DNA from: Vitrella brassicaformis CCMP3155
Taxonomy: Eukaryota; Protista; Chromerida
Assembly: GCA_001179505.1 (NCBI GenBank)
Contig: CDMY01000272.1
Span: 62,001 to 126,000 of the forward strand
Length of the DNA: 64,000 nt
Reading direction: 5' to 3'
Part shown: positions 11,592 through 24,248 of the stretch, one piece after another
Position numbering within the stretch: position 1 is the first letter of the stretch
How the letters are laid out: each line of letters starts with the position of its first letter
Notes under the pieces: model-generated
Told to the model about the DNA's origin: nothing
The model's input: only the letters and a program-made list of their open reading frames with translations
The model's database searches: none
Position numbers and translations under genes: made by a program

Positions 11592-14065
11592 CTGACTGAC
11601 GAGTGATTGATTGGACTGATTGGCGGGGTGGCTGGCTGGCTGGGTGGACACACAGATCGCTATACAGAGAGATGTATGTGGGTGTGTCGAGGAATGCACG
11701 TAGCTCCGTCTGCACACTCATGGAGAGGAGAGGAGACAGACGCACTGGGTAGGTGTGTCGGTCGGTAGAGTAGACTGCGGCGGGCCTGGTGTGTTATGCT
11801 ACGCTTTGGAGTCACTTGAGTGATGGGAGGATGGCCAGAGGGATGTCTAGATCATCAGACAGACAGACAGACAGACGGATTGAGAGACACGACAAGCCAC
11901 CGGCCTGCATTCTGCTGAGTGTGTGTCCAGCCAACTACACAAGGGAGCAGACGTCACAAAGAGGGAAGGGGGAGGGAGGGAGGGGCTTTGCATGCCTTGC
12001 TACAGTTCCAGCACGGATCGATCCATGCATTGATTGATGCCGTGTGTGTGTGTGTGTATGTTGTTGGCCTTTCGCCGTCTGGAAGGCATGTGTGTGTGTT
12101 TTGACGGCATGTGTGGTGTGTACGGTAGGAATGAACCGACTTGCTGGCCTTTTTCGAGGACAGATCCATTCCATCAAGGAATGAATCACGAGCACGAGCG
12201 AGAGGGCGTCCACACACACACGCACACACACACGTGTGAAGGTCCTGTCTTGTAGGCAGGCATGCACCATCAACCAATCCGACACACACGCATTCACGAG
12301 ATGAGGCAGACAGCAAGAGACAGCCACGTTAGCCACAGGATCATGAATTCGCTCCACCACCACCAGCAGCCAGCATGAGCACCAGACACTCTACACGCGT
12401 CCATCCATCCATCCATTTATCCATCCATTGTGCAAACAGGACAGGGTGGGTGGGAGTGATGGAGGGAGGGGAGGGGGAGGAGAGAGCATCTGCACGCAGC
12501 AAAGCGTCAAAACCTGTCTATCTGCCAAGCGCTCCCCTACCTGACCCCCACCCCCTCTGCCTCGGCCACGCTCACTGAGACATAGTATGTAGAAGAGAGA
12601 CCTATACAGACACCGCACACAGACAGACACCGCACACAGAGAGAAGGAGAGACAGAGAGAGAAATGCCGGCCTCGTGCACGCCACGCAGCGATTGGAGAG
12701 ACAGCCAGGCAGGCGTTGAGGCAGACAGAAACAACACACACACAGACACCACCGCCAATTGCAATGAAATGAATGCGATGAACCACAGGGACACACGACG
12801 CCATGTGTGCTGTGCAGGTGTCACGCACTCGCCCACAGCTGTCTGTCTGTCTGTGTGCGGCCCGGCCCGGCCCGGCCCGTCTGCGTGCGTCCTCATGTGA
12901 TGTGCGCGTGTGTCTGTACAGCAGCCGGTAGCGCACGCCACGCGATGACAGACACCGACCGCATCAATTCGATCGAAGCGGGGCAACACACCAACACACA
13001 GCAAGCAAAGCAAAGCACTTGTTGAAACAACCTCAGAGCGATTGCTCGCCGAGACGGCCAGTCGGGTGTGGTAACCAGCAGGTAAGGTAAGAGGACCGAC
13101 CGACCGACCCACAGGCAGAGCAGACACCACACACGCACAGGTTCTGTGCATGCCTTGCCTTGCCTTGCCGACGTGGGGGACGGACGACTGGAAGGAAGAC
13201 CTGCTGGTTACTCCCGTGCTGCTGTTTCGGTCTCTCTCTCTCCCTCTCCCCCTCTGTGCTGTGTCCATGCAAGTTGTGGTGCTGGTGGGTGCGACAGCGG
13301 GGAAAAATGAACACGAGTCATGTCATGGAGGGACGGGTCAGTGTGTGGGTGGACGACAGGTGCCTCTATCCTCTCTACGTTCAATGTGTGGCGGTCGGTT
13401 GCTGGCGACTGACTGACTGCGCTACCTTGGTCACTCAATCGGCCGTCTCGACCTGGCCAGCGGTAAGTTGCTTGACAAAAATGGAGGGGGGAAGAGAGGC
13501 AATGCCAAGTCAGTCGGCACACACGGACGGCACGGTACCATGCCATGGATGGGGGGGATGGATGGGTGGATGCACATACACAAGAAAGTGTCCGTCACGT
13601 CACGCCCAATGCTGTAAAACAATCGTCAGCCAGACAACCAGGCAGGCAGACAGGCAGGCACAGATAAAGGCCATACCACAACACACACACAACACGCGCA
13701 CACACACACACACAATGCGATCAAGATATGAAGGTGGATTTACGCAACTCCTACCATCCATCCATCCAGCGGTCGGTCCCCTGCCCCCCCGGCAGCAAGC
13801 AAGTCAGTGCCCTTCACGCATGCGAGCAAATTCTAGCGATCCAACAGACAGACAGCCATCCATCCATCCATACCAACATCGGCAGGTAGGCAGCGGCAGC
13901 ACGTAAGCGACGCGCCCGTTAGGCGGTTACCCAGGCAGGCAGGCAGGCAGGCAAACAGACGGACATACGAGAGCTATGAGTGTTGATCGGCGGTCGGTCG
14001 GTCGATGGACCGGTGTGGGCTGGGCAAGATATATGCGGGAGTGTGTGGTGGTTGGGCCGTTGTTG

Positions 14066-15434
14066 TCACATGACGGCGCAGCACGCCTTGCAGCCGCCCG
14101 AGCCGTTGGTGCGCGGCCTGTACGTCTCCAAAAACTTCAACTGACGCGCATTGATTGCACCTAAGGGATACCGGCCACACACGACACGCGAGACACAATA
14201 CAATACACCACAGCACCCCCTCGTGTGTTGCGTGCTGTGTGTTGTGTGATGGCGTGTGTGCGTGCGGACCCTTCCTCCTCTCGCGAATGAACATGATGGC
14301 ATCCAGTGCGTCCATGCCCTTCTCAATCAGCGCCACCGCAACCAACACGGGAGCCCTGCAACACACAACACAGATGCACACACACGAGGGTGTTCATCGA
14401 GTCAGGTCAGGTTACGTGCTGCACGGCTGGCGACTGACCTGCCCAGCCCGGCCACACAGTGAACGGCAACGGCGCTCTTCTCGTTGCCGCGCTTCTGGGT
14501 GTCATTCACCAAGGACTGCACACATACAGTCGTCAGCTATGGGCGCACGGATCTTTGAAGGCATCTGCCAATGTGTGTGTGTGTGTGTGTGTGACTGACC
14601 ATCCATTCCTTGATGACGTGGTCGGGAGGCGGCTCACCGTCAGGAAACAGCAACTCCTGACAGACAAGACAACCAACCAGTGCGCCCGTTGACTTGGGTT
14701 GGAATGTTTGTGCCTGTGTCCTCTCTTGGTCTTGTGTGGTGTGTAGTGTAATGCATTGGGTTCACACATGTGTCCTTATGCCAGATTGCTCGAGTATCTC
14801 GTCCGAGTATGTGGCCTCACACGTCCGGACCAGATCAGTCACACCAAACTGACGCATCTCCTGTTAACACACACACATAGCACAGAGAAGGGGGTGGGTG
14901 GGGGGGGGGGGNNNNNNNNNNNNNNNNNNNNNNNNNNNNNNNNNNNNNNNNNNNNNNNNNNNNNNNNNNNNNNNNNNNNNNNNNNNNNNNNNNNNNNNNN
15001 NNNNNNNNNNNNNNNNNNNNNNNNNNNNNNNNNNNNNNNNNNNNNNNNNNNNNNNNNNNNNNNNNNNNNNNNNNNNNNNNNNNNNNNNNNNNNNNNNNNN
15101 NNNNNNNNNNNNNNNNNNNNNNNNNNNNNNNNNNNNNNNNNNNNNNNNNNNNNNNNNNNNNNNNNNNNNNNNNNNNNNNNNNNNNNNNNNNNNNNNNNNN
15201 NNNNNNNNNNNGGGGGGGGGGGGGGGGGGGGGGACATGATTTCTCTGACTTCTTTGGCCCTTTCTTTCCCTACCCCACCCACCCATCCCTATCCCTATCC
15301 CTCTCTCTCTCTGCGTGTGGTGTGTACCTTACCTTGATATAGGCATTGAGGTTGTCATTGTTGGGTGCGTCCATGACCATGAACCTGAGCCTCCGGTGCT
15401 CAATCTCGGTGGGCCGGTTGATAATTTGCGTCAT
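14066..15434 (-). CDS. PRL: PRL-type (PTP4A) prenylated protein tyrosine phosphatase
   Basis: Exons: MTQIINRPTEIEHRRLRFMVMDAPNNDNLNAYIK|EMRQFGVTDLVRTCEATY..|ELLFPDGEPPPDHVIKEW|..AVHCVAGLGR|APVLVAVALIEKGMDALDAIMFIRERRK|GAINARQLKFLETYRP...CCAVM*. The P-loop HCVAGLGR and the CAAX box are present. The gap at 14912-15211 falls in intron 1. Confidence 0.95.
14912..15211. other. Assembly gap (300 N) flanked on both sides by poly-G, inside PRL intron 1
   Basis: G runs at about 14900-14911 and 15212-15233. Exons on either side splice in frame, so no exon appears to be missing. Confidence 0.95.
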
Positions 15435-16360
15435 CCTTGTCAATCAGCAGCAGAGTGGCCCTCGGCGACAGACCAACAGGCGACAGGCAGCGGGGGCAGG
15501 GGCGAGCGCCAGACACTCGAGGCAGTTGGTAGGGGTCGAACCAGCAGGTGGTCCTGCTCTGGTGGTCAGCAGAGGAGGGGGAGGATGGTGAGGCTTGGTC
15601 GAAAGATGATGTTGATTCAGCTGCAGCAAATGCGCCACCTAGGGATGGCGCAGAGGCTTTCTGCATCCACGTAAAGACAACGCCCTCTCGGCCACGGCAG
15701 CTGCAGCGGGGAGATGCCCGTCGTCCACACGCGCCACGACGGGTGGACGCAGGACGGTCGTCACAGTGGAGGGGTGGAGAGGGGCCTGGGTGGGAAAGAC
15801 TGTCCCGAGCTGAGACAGGTGACCCTCGCGTCTGGCGACACGCTATCTTGGCGACACAAAAGCTGACAGCACCGCTGACGCAAACGGGATGGTGAGTTGG
15901 GTGGACGACACACGGACTCGTGGGAGGACGAAGGCGGCCAAACGAGGTGTCCGCCGGGGGGGTGCACAGATAGTCAGTCGAGCTGCTCCATGCTCAGCAG
16001 CAGCCTCCGATAACCACCAAACAACGCCTTCTTCGCTCCCTTTTCGCTCAGTTACAGCTTGCAATGCGAGCTATTGACAAAAGAAAGCAGGAGCTCCGTT
16101 GGATAATTAGGGCCCTCTGCCTGACCTCTGCCATCATATCTCTTCGACCAAAGCCGTTTTTCGTCCAGACCCCTCCCGGAAGAAGAGGAGTGCTGAATGC
16201 TCAGCCGAGGCTAAGGAACGGCCGGGCAGCATCGACTCCTCCTGCAGCAGCACCGCACACAGCAGCAACAGCGGCAGCCACGGCAGCAGCAGCGGCGTCA
16301 CTCATCAGCCATCCGGCCCTCGACTTGGGCGTTGATCTCTCCTCGCCGAGCAGCCTGACG

Positions 16361-16571
16361 ATGGCGTGGGTGGCGGGTTCGCCCGAGTTATGGATGTTTG
16401 TGTGTCTGGCGGCGGGCATGGCGGTGGTGCAGCTCATACAGATCGGCAGGAATGGGTGGATGCGGGAGAAGACAGACCACGAACGAGACCCCAAGTTCCC
16501 CAGGTCAGCTGACTAATGCGCTTGTCGACCAGATCAGCTGACTGTCTTTTCTGCCATGTGTGTGTATGTGT

Positions 16572-16607
<36 letters not shown>

Positions 16608-18753
16608 ATCAGGTTTCAGGTCAATTTTCTGCTGGTGTATCTGCTGGCGATGTTTGCCGACTGGCTGCAGGGTCCGTATGTGTACGTGCTGTACGAGCGC
16701 ATGGGCTACGACATGCGCATGATCGGATACCTCTTCGTCGTCGGATTCGCATCCTCGGCACTTGCCGGCATGGCCGTCGGGGACCTGGCCGACAGGTGGG
16801 ATGTGGGGGCAACACGCTCACAGCCACACACAGCCACACACACACACAGACAGACACAGACACAGACAGACACAGCCACAGCCACAGCCATGGGCATGGA
16901 CGGTTATGTGTTGTGTGTGATAGGTATGGTCGCAAGGCGTGGTGTCTGCTGTACTCGCTGTTTTACATCCTGGCGTGTCTCATGTACAACATCAACAGCC
17001 TCCCGCTCCTCTTCTTCGGCCGCTTCTGCGCAGGGGTCGCCACCTCCATCCTCTTCACCACCTTCGACGCTTGGATGGTCTGTGAACACAAGAAACGGTA
17101 CGTACGCTGAGCCGCGCTCTTCCTGCTCCACATGATGGGAGGACATGTGCCCATCTGTGCAATCTGTGCGTGACGTTGGCTGGCCATTCTGTCTTAGGCA
17201 TTTTGAGATGCCGCTGCTGAACGAGACCTACGCGCGCGCCACCTTCGGCAACGGACTCGTGGCCATCATCGCAGGAGTGTGCGCAAGCGCAGTCGCAAAC
17301 ACGTGAGTAATTATGGAGCACGCGCACACACAACACTCAGGCGCACCCGCACCCATACCCACAGCCGTTCATTGCCAATCCTCTCCGTCTGGCTGCCTTG
17401 TCAGTGTGGGCCCGGTCGGTCCGTTCGATGCGTCCATAGCTGTGCTGATAGTGCTGGCGCTGGTGGTGGCCTTCACGTGGACCGAAAACTACGGCCGGGA
17501 GGCAGTTGAGGACACTGGCGATAAGGCCAAGGAGGGCGAGGATAAGAAGGGCGGTGCGGCTGCTGATGCGGTGTCGACCGACACGGGCCTGGCGTACGTC
17601 TTCCGCACATTCAGGACACACCCGGAGGTCTGGTGAGCGCTGACAGGGCGGGGGAGGGCCGTTCGTGTGCCGTCGAGCTATCTCTGAGAATGTGTGTGTG
17701 TGCGTGTGCGTTGACAGGTGGGTGGGTATGGTTCAGTCGTTCTTCGAGGCGGCCATGTATTCCTTTGTCTTTGTGTGGACACCAGCGCTGCCCAGGACGG
17801 TGAGCTCATCAACGGCCAACCGACCGATCGGCGTCCTTGCGCAGTTGCCGTCTGGTTGTGTCAGATTGACCAGGGTATAGTCTTCTCCAGCTTCATGGTG
17901 GCCGTCATGCTCGGCAGCAACGTCTTCGTGTTCCTCGAAAAGGCCGGGTGCGCAGCAAGGCCGCACACAAACAAAACACACATGTTTGTCCCCATATTTG
18001 GTTGCTTGCCTTGCAGGCTTCAGCTGAGCCTGTCGGTACTGCTGTATGTGGTGGTGGGCGCGGTGTCCATGCTCTGTGCGGCACTGGCTCTCTACCTCAA
18101 CGCGGCCTCACCATGGCGGCTGCTGGCCTTCCTACTGTTCGAGCTGTGCTGCGGGGTCCATTTCTCGGCCTTCTACTCACTAAGGTGGGCGTCAGCAGGC
18201 GCATTGTGACGATTTCGCCCATGTGTGTGTTGCGGTGGGTGGCATCAGGGCCCGCGTGTTGCCCGAGGAGGGCCGTGCGACCATCCTCAACCTCTATCGC
18301 GTCCCGCTCAACCTGATCGTAATGGGCGTGTGCACACAGGTGGCCTACAGCCCAACCAACCAACCACACACACACACACACACACACACACGTGGAGCAA
18401 TTCTTCTTGTGTGTGTGTGTGCAGGCGGCCTCGTTCCCACTTGAGGGTGTGTTCCTCTTTGCGGCCTTCCTGCTGCTGTGTGGGGCGGTGTTCCAGTGTC
18501 TGGTGCATCAGCGGGTGTCCAAAGACGGATACACCTCGCCCAGCTCCTCTACCAGCCAGAGCGCCATCGGCAGGGACACACCACAGCAAGAAGACAAAGA
18601 AGGTCAGTCAGCTGAGGCGGTGGATGGAGCAGGCTGGCCAGAACGAGACACCATGTTTGTGCGTGCGTGTGTTGTTCAGATGAGAAGGCTCGGCTGCTAG
18701 CTCGGCAAAGTGGGGGTGACGAGGCCACACGCGTCAACAGCCGGACAGAGTAG
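16361..18753 (+). CDS. MFSD5: MFS transporter, MFSD5/MOT2 molybdate-anion transporter family
   Basis: VYLLAMFADWLQGPYVYVLYERMGYDMRMIGYLFVVGFASSALAGMAVGDLAD|RYGRK..CLLYSLFY...GRFCAGVATSILFTTFDAWMVCEH, GPFDASI, QSFFEAAMYSFVFVWTPAL, PEEGRATILNLYRVPLN. This is a strong MFSD5 signature. The stop is TAG 18751-18753. Confidence 0.93.
16557..16606. repeat. (TG)n microsatellite in MFSD5 intron 1, representative of many intronic SSRs across the window
   Basis: About 50 nt of near-pure TG. Similar (CA/TG)n, (GGAT)n, (CAGA)n, (CAGG)n and (CTGA)n tracts occur in most introns and convergent intergenic regions. Confidence 0.95.
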
Positions 18754-19132
18754 CGGGCCAGCCTATCAGACAGAAGGCGGGGCGGGGCCCTCACTGCCAA
18801 TGCGACGCTCTGCTGGTGGTGGTGTGGAGGACACGTGGGTTGGTGTACATAAATAGGCCAGGAGGAGCTTAGCTTGGTCGGTCGGTCGGTCGGTCGGTCT
18901 GTCTGAGTTTGCAAGCCACGCCGCTGATGTGCGTGCAGACCAGACTGTCCCTGGGTGTGTATGGGCACGATGGATGCCATCGTGCAGTGCATGTGTGGGT
19001 GGATGGATGGATATATATATCTGGACGGCAGCTTGCTTATGTGTGTGTCCGAGGACTGACTTGTGTGATGTCAACCTGTCTATTCCACGCACGAGTGAGG
19101 AGGTCACAGCCATGTAAGTCGCTCAGCGTCAC

Positions 19133-20695
19133 TCAACCCGCTGCCTCTTGCCCCCTCCCTCCTTCTCGCCCTCACTCGGCCCATCTGCACGCCTCCTGTG
19201 CTGCGACACACTCCCACACTCAGCCGTCTGCGCCTGCAACACAGAAAGGACGACGGCACTTGGATGGAACACGCCTTTTTGTGTGTGTCATGTCAGTCAG
19301 CTTGCCTGGCCGTCCCCTGCCCCCTGCTGCAGTTGTTTGTCGTCCCCGTCTTGTGTGGCCTTGGGTGGGCCGGATGACTCCCCTTCGTCAACCTGCACGC
19401 GTCACACACACATCCACACACGGAGTGAGCTGCCAGATGGTGTGCCCCGAGCTCACTGACAGATGACGCTGCCGGGACGGGAGAGGGCGTCGGCAGCAGG
19501 GCGTCTGAAAGAATGAGTCAACGACAACAGATGAACACACACATGGGTCGTTGCTTCATCGGATTCAGCTACCTTTAGCGGGCTGCTGCTGCTGTGCTGC
19601 AGGGTTGTTCTTGACGTCGATATACTTGGCAGCCGGCAGGGTGTAGAGCTTGAGGATGGTCCTGGCCGCCATCTCCAGCTGACGCCAGTCCACCTCTAGC
19701 AACTCGTACCAACGCGACTCGCGGGGAAGAGCCACAGACAAGTCGCAGCAAGCCAGGTAGACGCTGCACAACACACCACACCACAGCCAGACACACAGGT
19801 GTTTGGTTTGAGAAGGTGGTGTGGATGGGCGGTTTTGTTAACCTGGCTGCTGCGATGACTTCTGGCTGCACCCTGCAGCAGAGGTTGGTGCGCAAGCTGT
19901 CGTTGAGATACCCCCATGTGCGGGTGGCGACCTCATGGTGACGAGGCAGACCTGAGATACAGACAGACAGACAGACAGCAGAAGTAGGGTGAGTGCCACT
20001 TGCAGATCTTGGACTCGAGCCCCCCGTATCTACCTTTGATCATGTTGATGTACTGCAGTGCCAGCGTGTGTGGGTGCCGCAGCACCCGCTCCATCATGAA
20101 CCCCAGCTCACGCAGCAGATACCGCTCGATACGCAACACGTCACTCTCCATCTTACGACACACCTGTCGTACACACATTCACAGCACGACTCTCAGCAGG
20201 TGTGTGTCTGGTTGCCCACTGCTCCGCGGCTGACCTGTGAGCTGGGGTCAAGCGGTGGAATGCCTTGTGCGTTGACGTCGGGCTGCTCCTCCTTCTGCTG
20301 CAGATGGTAGAACACTGTGATGATGTCCTGCACACGCCGGCAGTCCTCCTCCATCTTCCCAGCCAACACCACACACGCCGCCGCTGTCCGCTGCACACAC
20401 ACGCATCCAGCCACCCACCACCCCATCAATCATGGCTTATGTGATCAGACGCATGAACGGACGGTTGGTTCACTCTGACCCGGACGTCGAAGGCAGCGAA
20501 TGATTTGCGGTAGTAGAACCGGTGCAGGATGACCTGGGCGCTGGCCTTGGTCACGGCCTGCAGCTTCAGCAGCGTGCCGGCCTTCTGGATCAGCTCACAC
20601 CCATACACGCGCAGCTGAGTCTCCGTCGACTCATCTATCCCGTGCTCGCGGGAGGGAGGACTCCATAGTGCGTCGTCGGGGACCAGACGAATCAT
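19133..20695 (-). CDS. CCNL: Cyclin L-like protein; 3' end uncertain (stop at 19565, or spliced on to about 19133)
   Basis: SPPSREHGIDESTETQLRVYGCELIQKAGTLLKLQAVTKASAQVILHRFYYRKSF, LAGKMEEDCRRVQDIITVF, ERYLLRELGF..RHPHTLALQY, PEVIAAA..YLACCDLSVALP...WYELL match the cyclin L cyclin-box pattern. Confidence 0.88.
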
Positions 20696-20859
20696 CTTCC
20701 GCGCGTCCTTGGTTTGGTTTGGTTAGTGTGTTTAACGAGACTCGTGTCTGTAACCCCGGAGGGATCCTGTTGTCTCACGCACTAAACTAGCAGCATGTAC
20801 ATGCAAAGCATGCACACGGCCTGTCTACCCCTCCCTGCACTGGCACCGGCGGACAAACA

Positions 20860-21720
20860 GATGGCAGCAGAGAGCACTGGCTGCCTTGTAGAACGTTGAC
20901 AAACACCGATTCCGGCTACATACACAAGAACGGGCGCTGTCGCCCAGCAAGAGCCATGGCAAGTGTACAGAAGCCAGAAGGGGGAAGTGGAAAAATGAGC
21001 GCTCTCTGAGCCACCAAAGCAACGATCAGCCAATCACATGAATACACCACCATATACACACGGGACCCATACGGAAGGAAGACAGGAAGACAGCAGAGGG
21101 AGAGAGAAGGAAATAGCCAGGCAGGCCATGGGGCCCTGCAACATATGATAGACGATACCTAAGGTGCACTCCATCCCTTCACACAGCACTGAGTATGATG
21201 CCACAGTGGCGCCTGTCTACTTGTACGGTAGTGAGCTGTGGGCGGGCACTAACTGTGATGCAGTACGGTGTGATCTAAGTCGATAGGCANNNNNNNNNNN
21301 NNNNNNNNNNNNNNNNNNNNNNNNNNNNNNNNNNNNNNNNNNNNNNNNNNNNNNNNNNNNNNNNNNNNNNNNNNNNNNNNNNNNNNNNNNNNNNNNNNNN
21401 NNNNNNNNNNNNNNNNNNNNNNNNNNNNNNNNNNNNNNNNNNNNNNNNNNNNNNNNNNNNNNNNNNNNNNNNNNNNNNNNNNNNNNNNNNNNNNNNNNNN
21501 NNNNNNNNNNNNNNNNNNNNNNNNNNNNNNNNNNNNNNNNNNNNNNNNNNNNNNNNNNNNNNNNNNNNNNNNNNNNNNNNNNNNNNNNNGTCCGCTGAGA
21601 CGGCGTCGTCAAGCAGATCTTGATGAAGACCCAATTGAGGCTCGGGGGGATGTGGGAGAGCGTGCCGGGGGGGCGAGAAGGACGCCAGAGGAAGAGCCAA
21701 TAAGGCTGAGCGATATGATG
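20860..21720 (+). mobile_element. Decayed non-LTR retrotransposon (LINE, possibly RTE-like) fragment from the region after the RT domain, spanning the gap
   Basis: 21191-21240 reads EYDATVAPVYLYGSELW, resembling the post-RT LINE motif Y.A.V.P.L.YG.E.W. It is preceded in shifted frames by EKEIARQAMG and RCTPSLHTAL. After the gap, DGVVKQIL...GGREGRQRK resembles the RTE-type PKQIL..G.R..GR.RK. Stops and frameshifts are present and there are no microsatellite introns. Confidence 0.5.
21290..21589. other. Assembly gap (300 N)
   Basis: Run of exactly 300 N inside the putative LINE remnant. Confidence 0.99.
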
Positions 21721-22029
21721 AGCTGCGGCGGGCAGCATCACGAGGAAAGGTCGGAGACGCCAACCACAGCCAAATGGGCACGGACGAGGACGGGACGAGG
21801 ACCAACATGACCCCCAGAGGGAGGGGAAGCCGATGGCATCCTCAGCCAAAAGAAAACAAGGCTGAGGATGCCTCGAGATCTGCCTTGGGATCTGCGAGCT
21901 CAAATGAAGGGGGATTCTCTCCCTTTCGGAGACGCTCCAGCTCGCATTTGCGAGCTCAGAATGATGCGAAGAACGTGTGGGTGGTTTCTGGGCTTCACGG
22001 GCACTGACGCGCTTGCCTGAGCCACACTG

Positions 22030-22588
22030 ATGACAGATCTATCGGAAAAGCCTGCTCCTTCGACCCCTCCGGATGCTCCGGATGAGTTTCTCTTCCGCAT
22101 CAATGAGATGGCGCTGTGCAGGCTCGCCGAGGAGCAGCCAGCCAGCCGTGGAGAGGAGAATCAGCCGAGCGAGGCGACGGAGCGGCCTTCGACCCAACAG
22201 CAGCAGCAACAGCAGCCAAAGCGGCGGGAAGAAGAGGCGAGCAGCAGCTTGATTCTGCACGAGGGTGCGATGGAGGTGTACCAGAAGTCGGGCGAGGGCA
22301 TTGGGTTGGTGTTGGTGTGCGGGTGCTGGCGGATAGAGCTGGACAAGGACTCGCCGGTCCACTGCACCAGTCCCAATGTCTACACCTTCCCCATCACGGT
22401 GGACGGCAAGACGCAGCTAGTCGGGCTCATCCTATCTGAGTGAGTGAATATGAGTGGGGGGAGGGTGGCTAACAATGCAAGTACGACTATATTGTGTTCT
22501 GTCTGTGTGCAGGCGGACCCCGGTGAAGGATGTGGACCTCCTGCAAGCTCTTCTCCTGTACTTCGTTCACCTGCACACACGACAGGTA

Positions 22589-22620
<32 letters not shown>

Positions 22621-24248
22621 GTCACTCACGTCGGCCTGCCTGCACTGCGTGTGTCGTCTCACTCATTCATTCGTGCAGGGCGACGTCACCCCCCGCGTCA
22701 TCGCAGAGCAGTCCCAACAGATCCAGAGGCCGCTGCCTTCTCCCGCGGCCGCCGCTGCACCCGAACCTGCCCCCCGCGTCCCGTCTGGCCCTCCCCCGCG
22801 GCCCCTGGCGCCAGGTCTGAAGTTCCACGAGCGAATGGATGAGCTCAACCGTTGGATAGAGGTGGAGGCCAAGCCACGAGTGGAGGCACTCGAGAGAGCC
22901 ATCGACGTTAGACTCCCGCAGCTGGGTGAGCTCACTTGCCACTTGCAGGGAACCAAAACCAGGCGCCCGTTGATGCGTTGATGTGTGTTGCTGCGTTGTT
23001 GTCCTTCATGACAGATCCGCATGACCCTGCTGGCAGCTGTGCTGACTGGATCGGCTCGGGTCTGAAGAGCGCCTCTTTGGTGCTGGCTGGGGGGCTGCAG
23101 AGGGGTGCATCCATGGCCAGCAGCGGCATGCGCCGCGGAGTCGATCGCATCAAACCCAACCTCCCGCAGGCTCAAGGTACACAGACGGATGGATGGATGG
23201 ATGGACAGCCGGCAATACAGACGTGCGACAGCGTGTGCATGGCTGTATGTGTGTGTGTGGCAGAGCCGGTGGTCGTGCACGACAATGTGCGGCGGATGGT
23301 ACAGAGCACTCGACGGGTCACTCAGGGAGCCGCGGACTGGTCCCTCAGAGGTGTGTTGCTGTACCCATGACACCCAAATGACGATGCACACACCCTCCCT
23401 CCCTCCCTCCCTGTCTGTCTGCGTGTGTGCCCTGCAGTGTGGCGCAGGTTTGTCAACTGGAGTGGCCAAGCCAGCCGTTACATCTCAGAAGCCGTCAACT
23501 CCGATGAGCCCAACAACAGCCAGCCGCAGGAGCCATCCCCAGCTCCCCCAGTGCGCACAGTCAGGTGTGAGGCGTCACCCGACTTGGATGATGCCGCGCT
23601 GGCGTCGAGGGCGGACGGGGCCCTGTCTTTGGGTGTGACGATGAGGCGGCGGCAGTATCGGCCGGTGGTGACGCTCTTCTCCTCCGCAATTGAGAGCACT
23701 TGCAACATTTTCGACGCACTGTTGATCGCGGGAGACACCGTGCTCAGCGGCGGAGGTAGGTTGCGCATTGATGATCCGCAGACCAGCCAGCGGATGTGTG
23801 TGTGTGTGTGTGTGTTGTGCTGCTATCTGCAGCCGAGAATGTGTCCGACCTGATCCGCCATCGCTATGGGGACGATGTGGGTGCCGTCACGCGGGACGGT
23901 CTGATGACGGGTGTCGACGCTTACAGGTTCCACCGCATGGTGGGCGCCCTCGTCTCGCCGGCCTCCCTGGCACGCTCGGCCATCCGCGGCACGGCCATCG
24001 AGGCCGGCAGGACACTCGAAGAGCCGGAGAACGTCAGGACACTGGCTGAGGCGGCATCGTCACCTGATCTGCTCGAGAAGGCGCGTGTGGCTGAGGGAGA
24101 GCAGCTGGGTGATGGCATGACGCCGCTGCGGACGAGCGAGAGCGACCCGACTTTGGGAACGCCGAAGTCGGGGGCGGGGAGGGAGGCGGCGGCTGCGGCT
24201 GCGGCTGCGGATGTGGCTGTGATGCGCTCACAGACGGGAGGGATGTAG
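22030..24248 (+). CDS. Senescence-domain (spartin C-terminal/ERD7-like) protein
   Basis: N-terminal beta-rich region (LVLVCGCWRIELDKDSPVHCTSPNVYTFP), then ADWIGSGLKSASLVLAGGLQRGASMASSGMRRGVDRIKPNL, VTLFSSAIESTCNIFDAL..AGDTVLS|AAENVSDLIRHRYGDDVGAVTRDGL. This resembles the Senescence domain, including the V..RYG..AG motif. Confidence 0.8.

Noticed and set aside
11600-14060. Many 60-250 aa ORFs rich in HT/CV/DR/GWM repeats (also at 39300-43800 and 60820-62450)
   Set aside because: They are translations of (CA)n, (CAGA)n and (GGAT)n microsatellites, and many use GTG/TTG starts that do not apply to a eukaryote.
21774-22007. 77-aa ORF as an independent gene upstream of the senescence-domain gene
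   Set aside because: It has no family motif and adjoins the putative LINE relic; it is more simply part of that relic or a 5' UTR.
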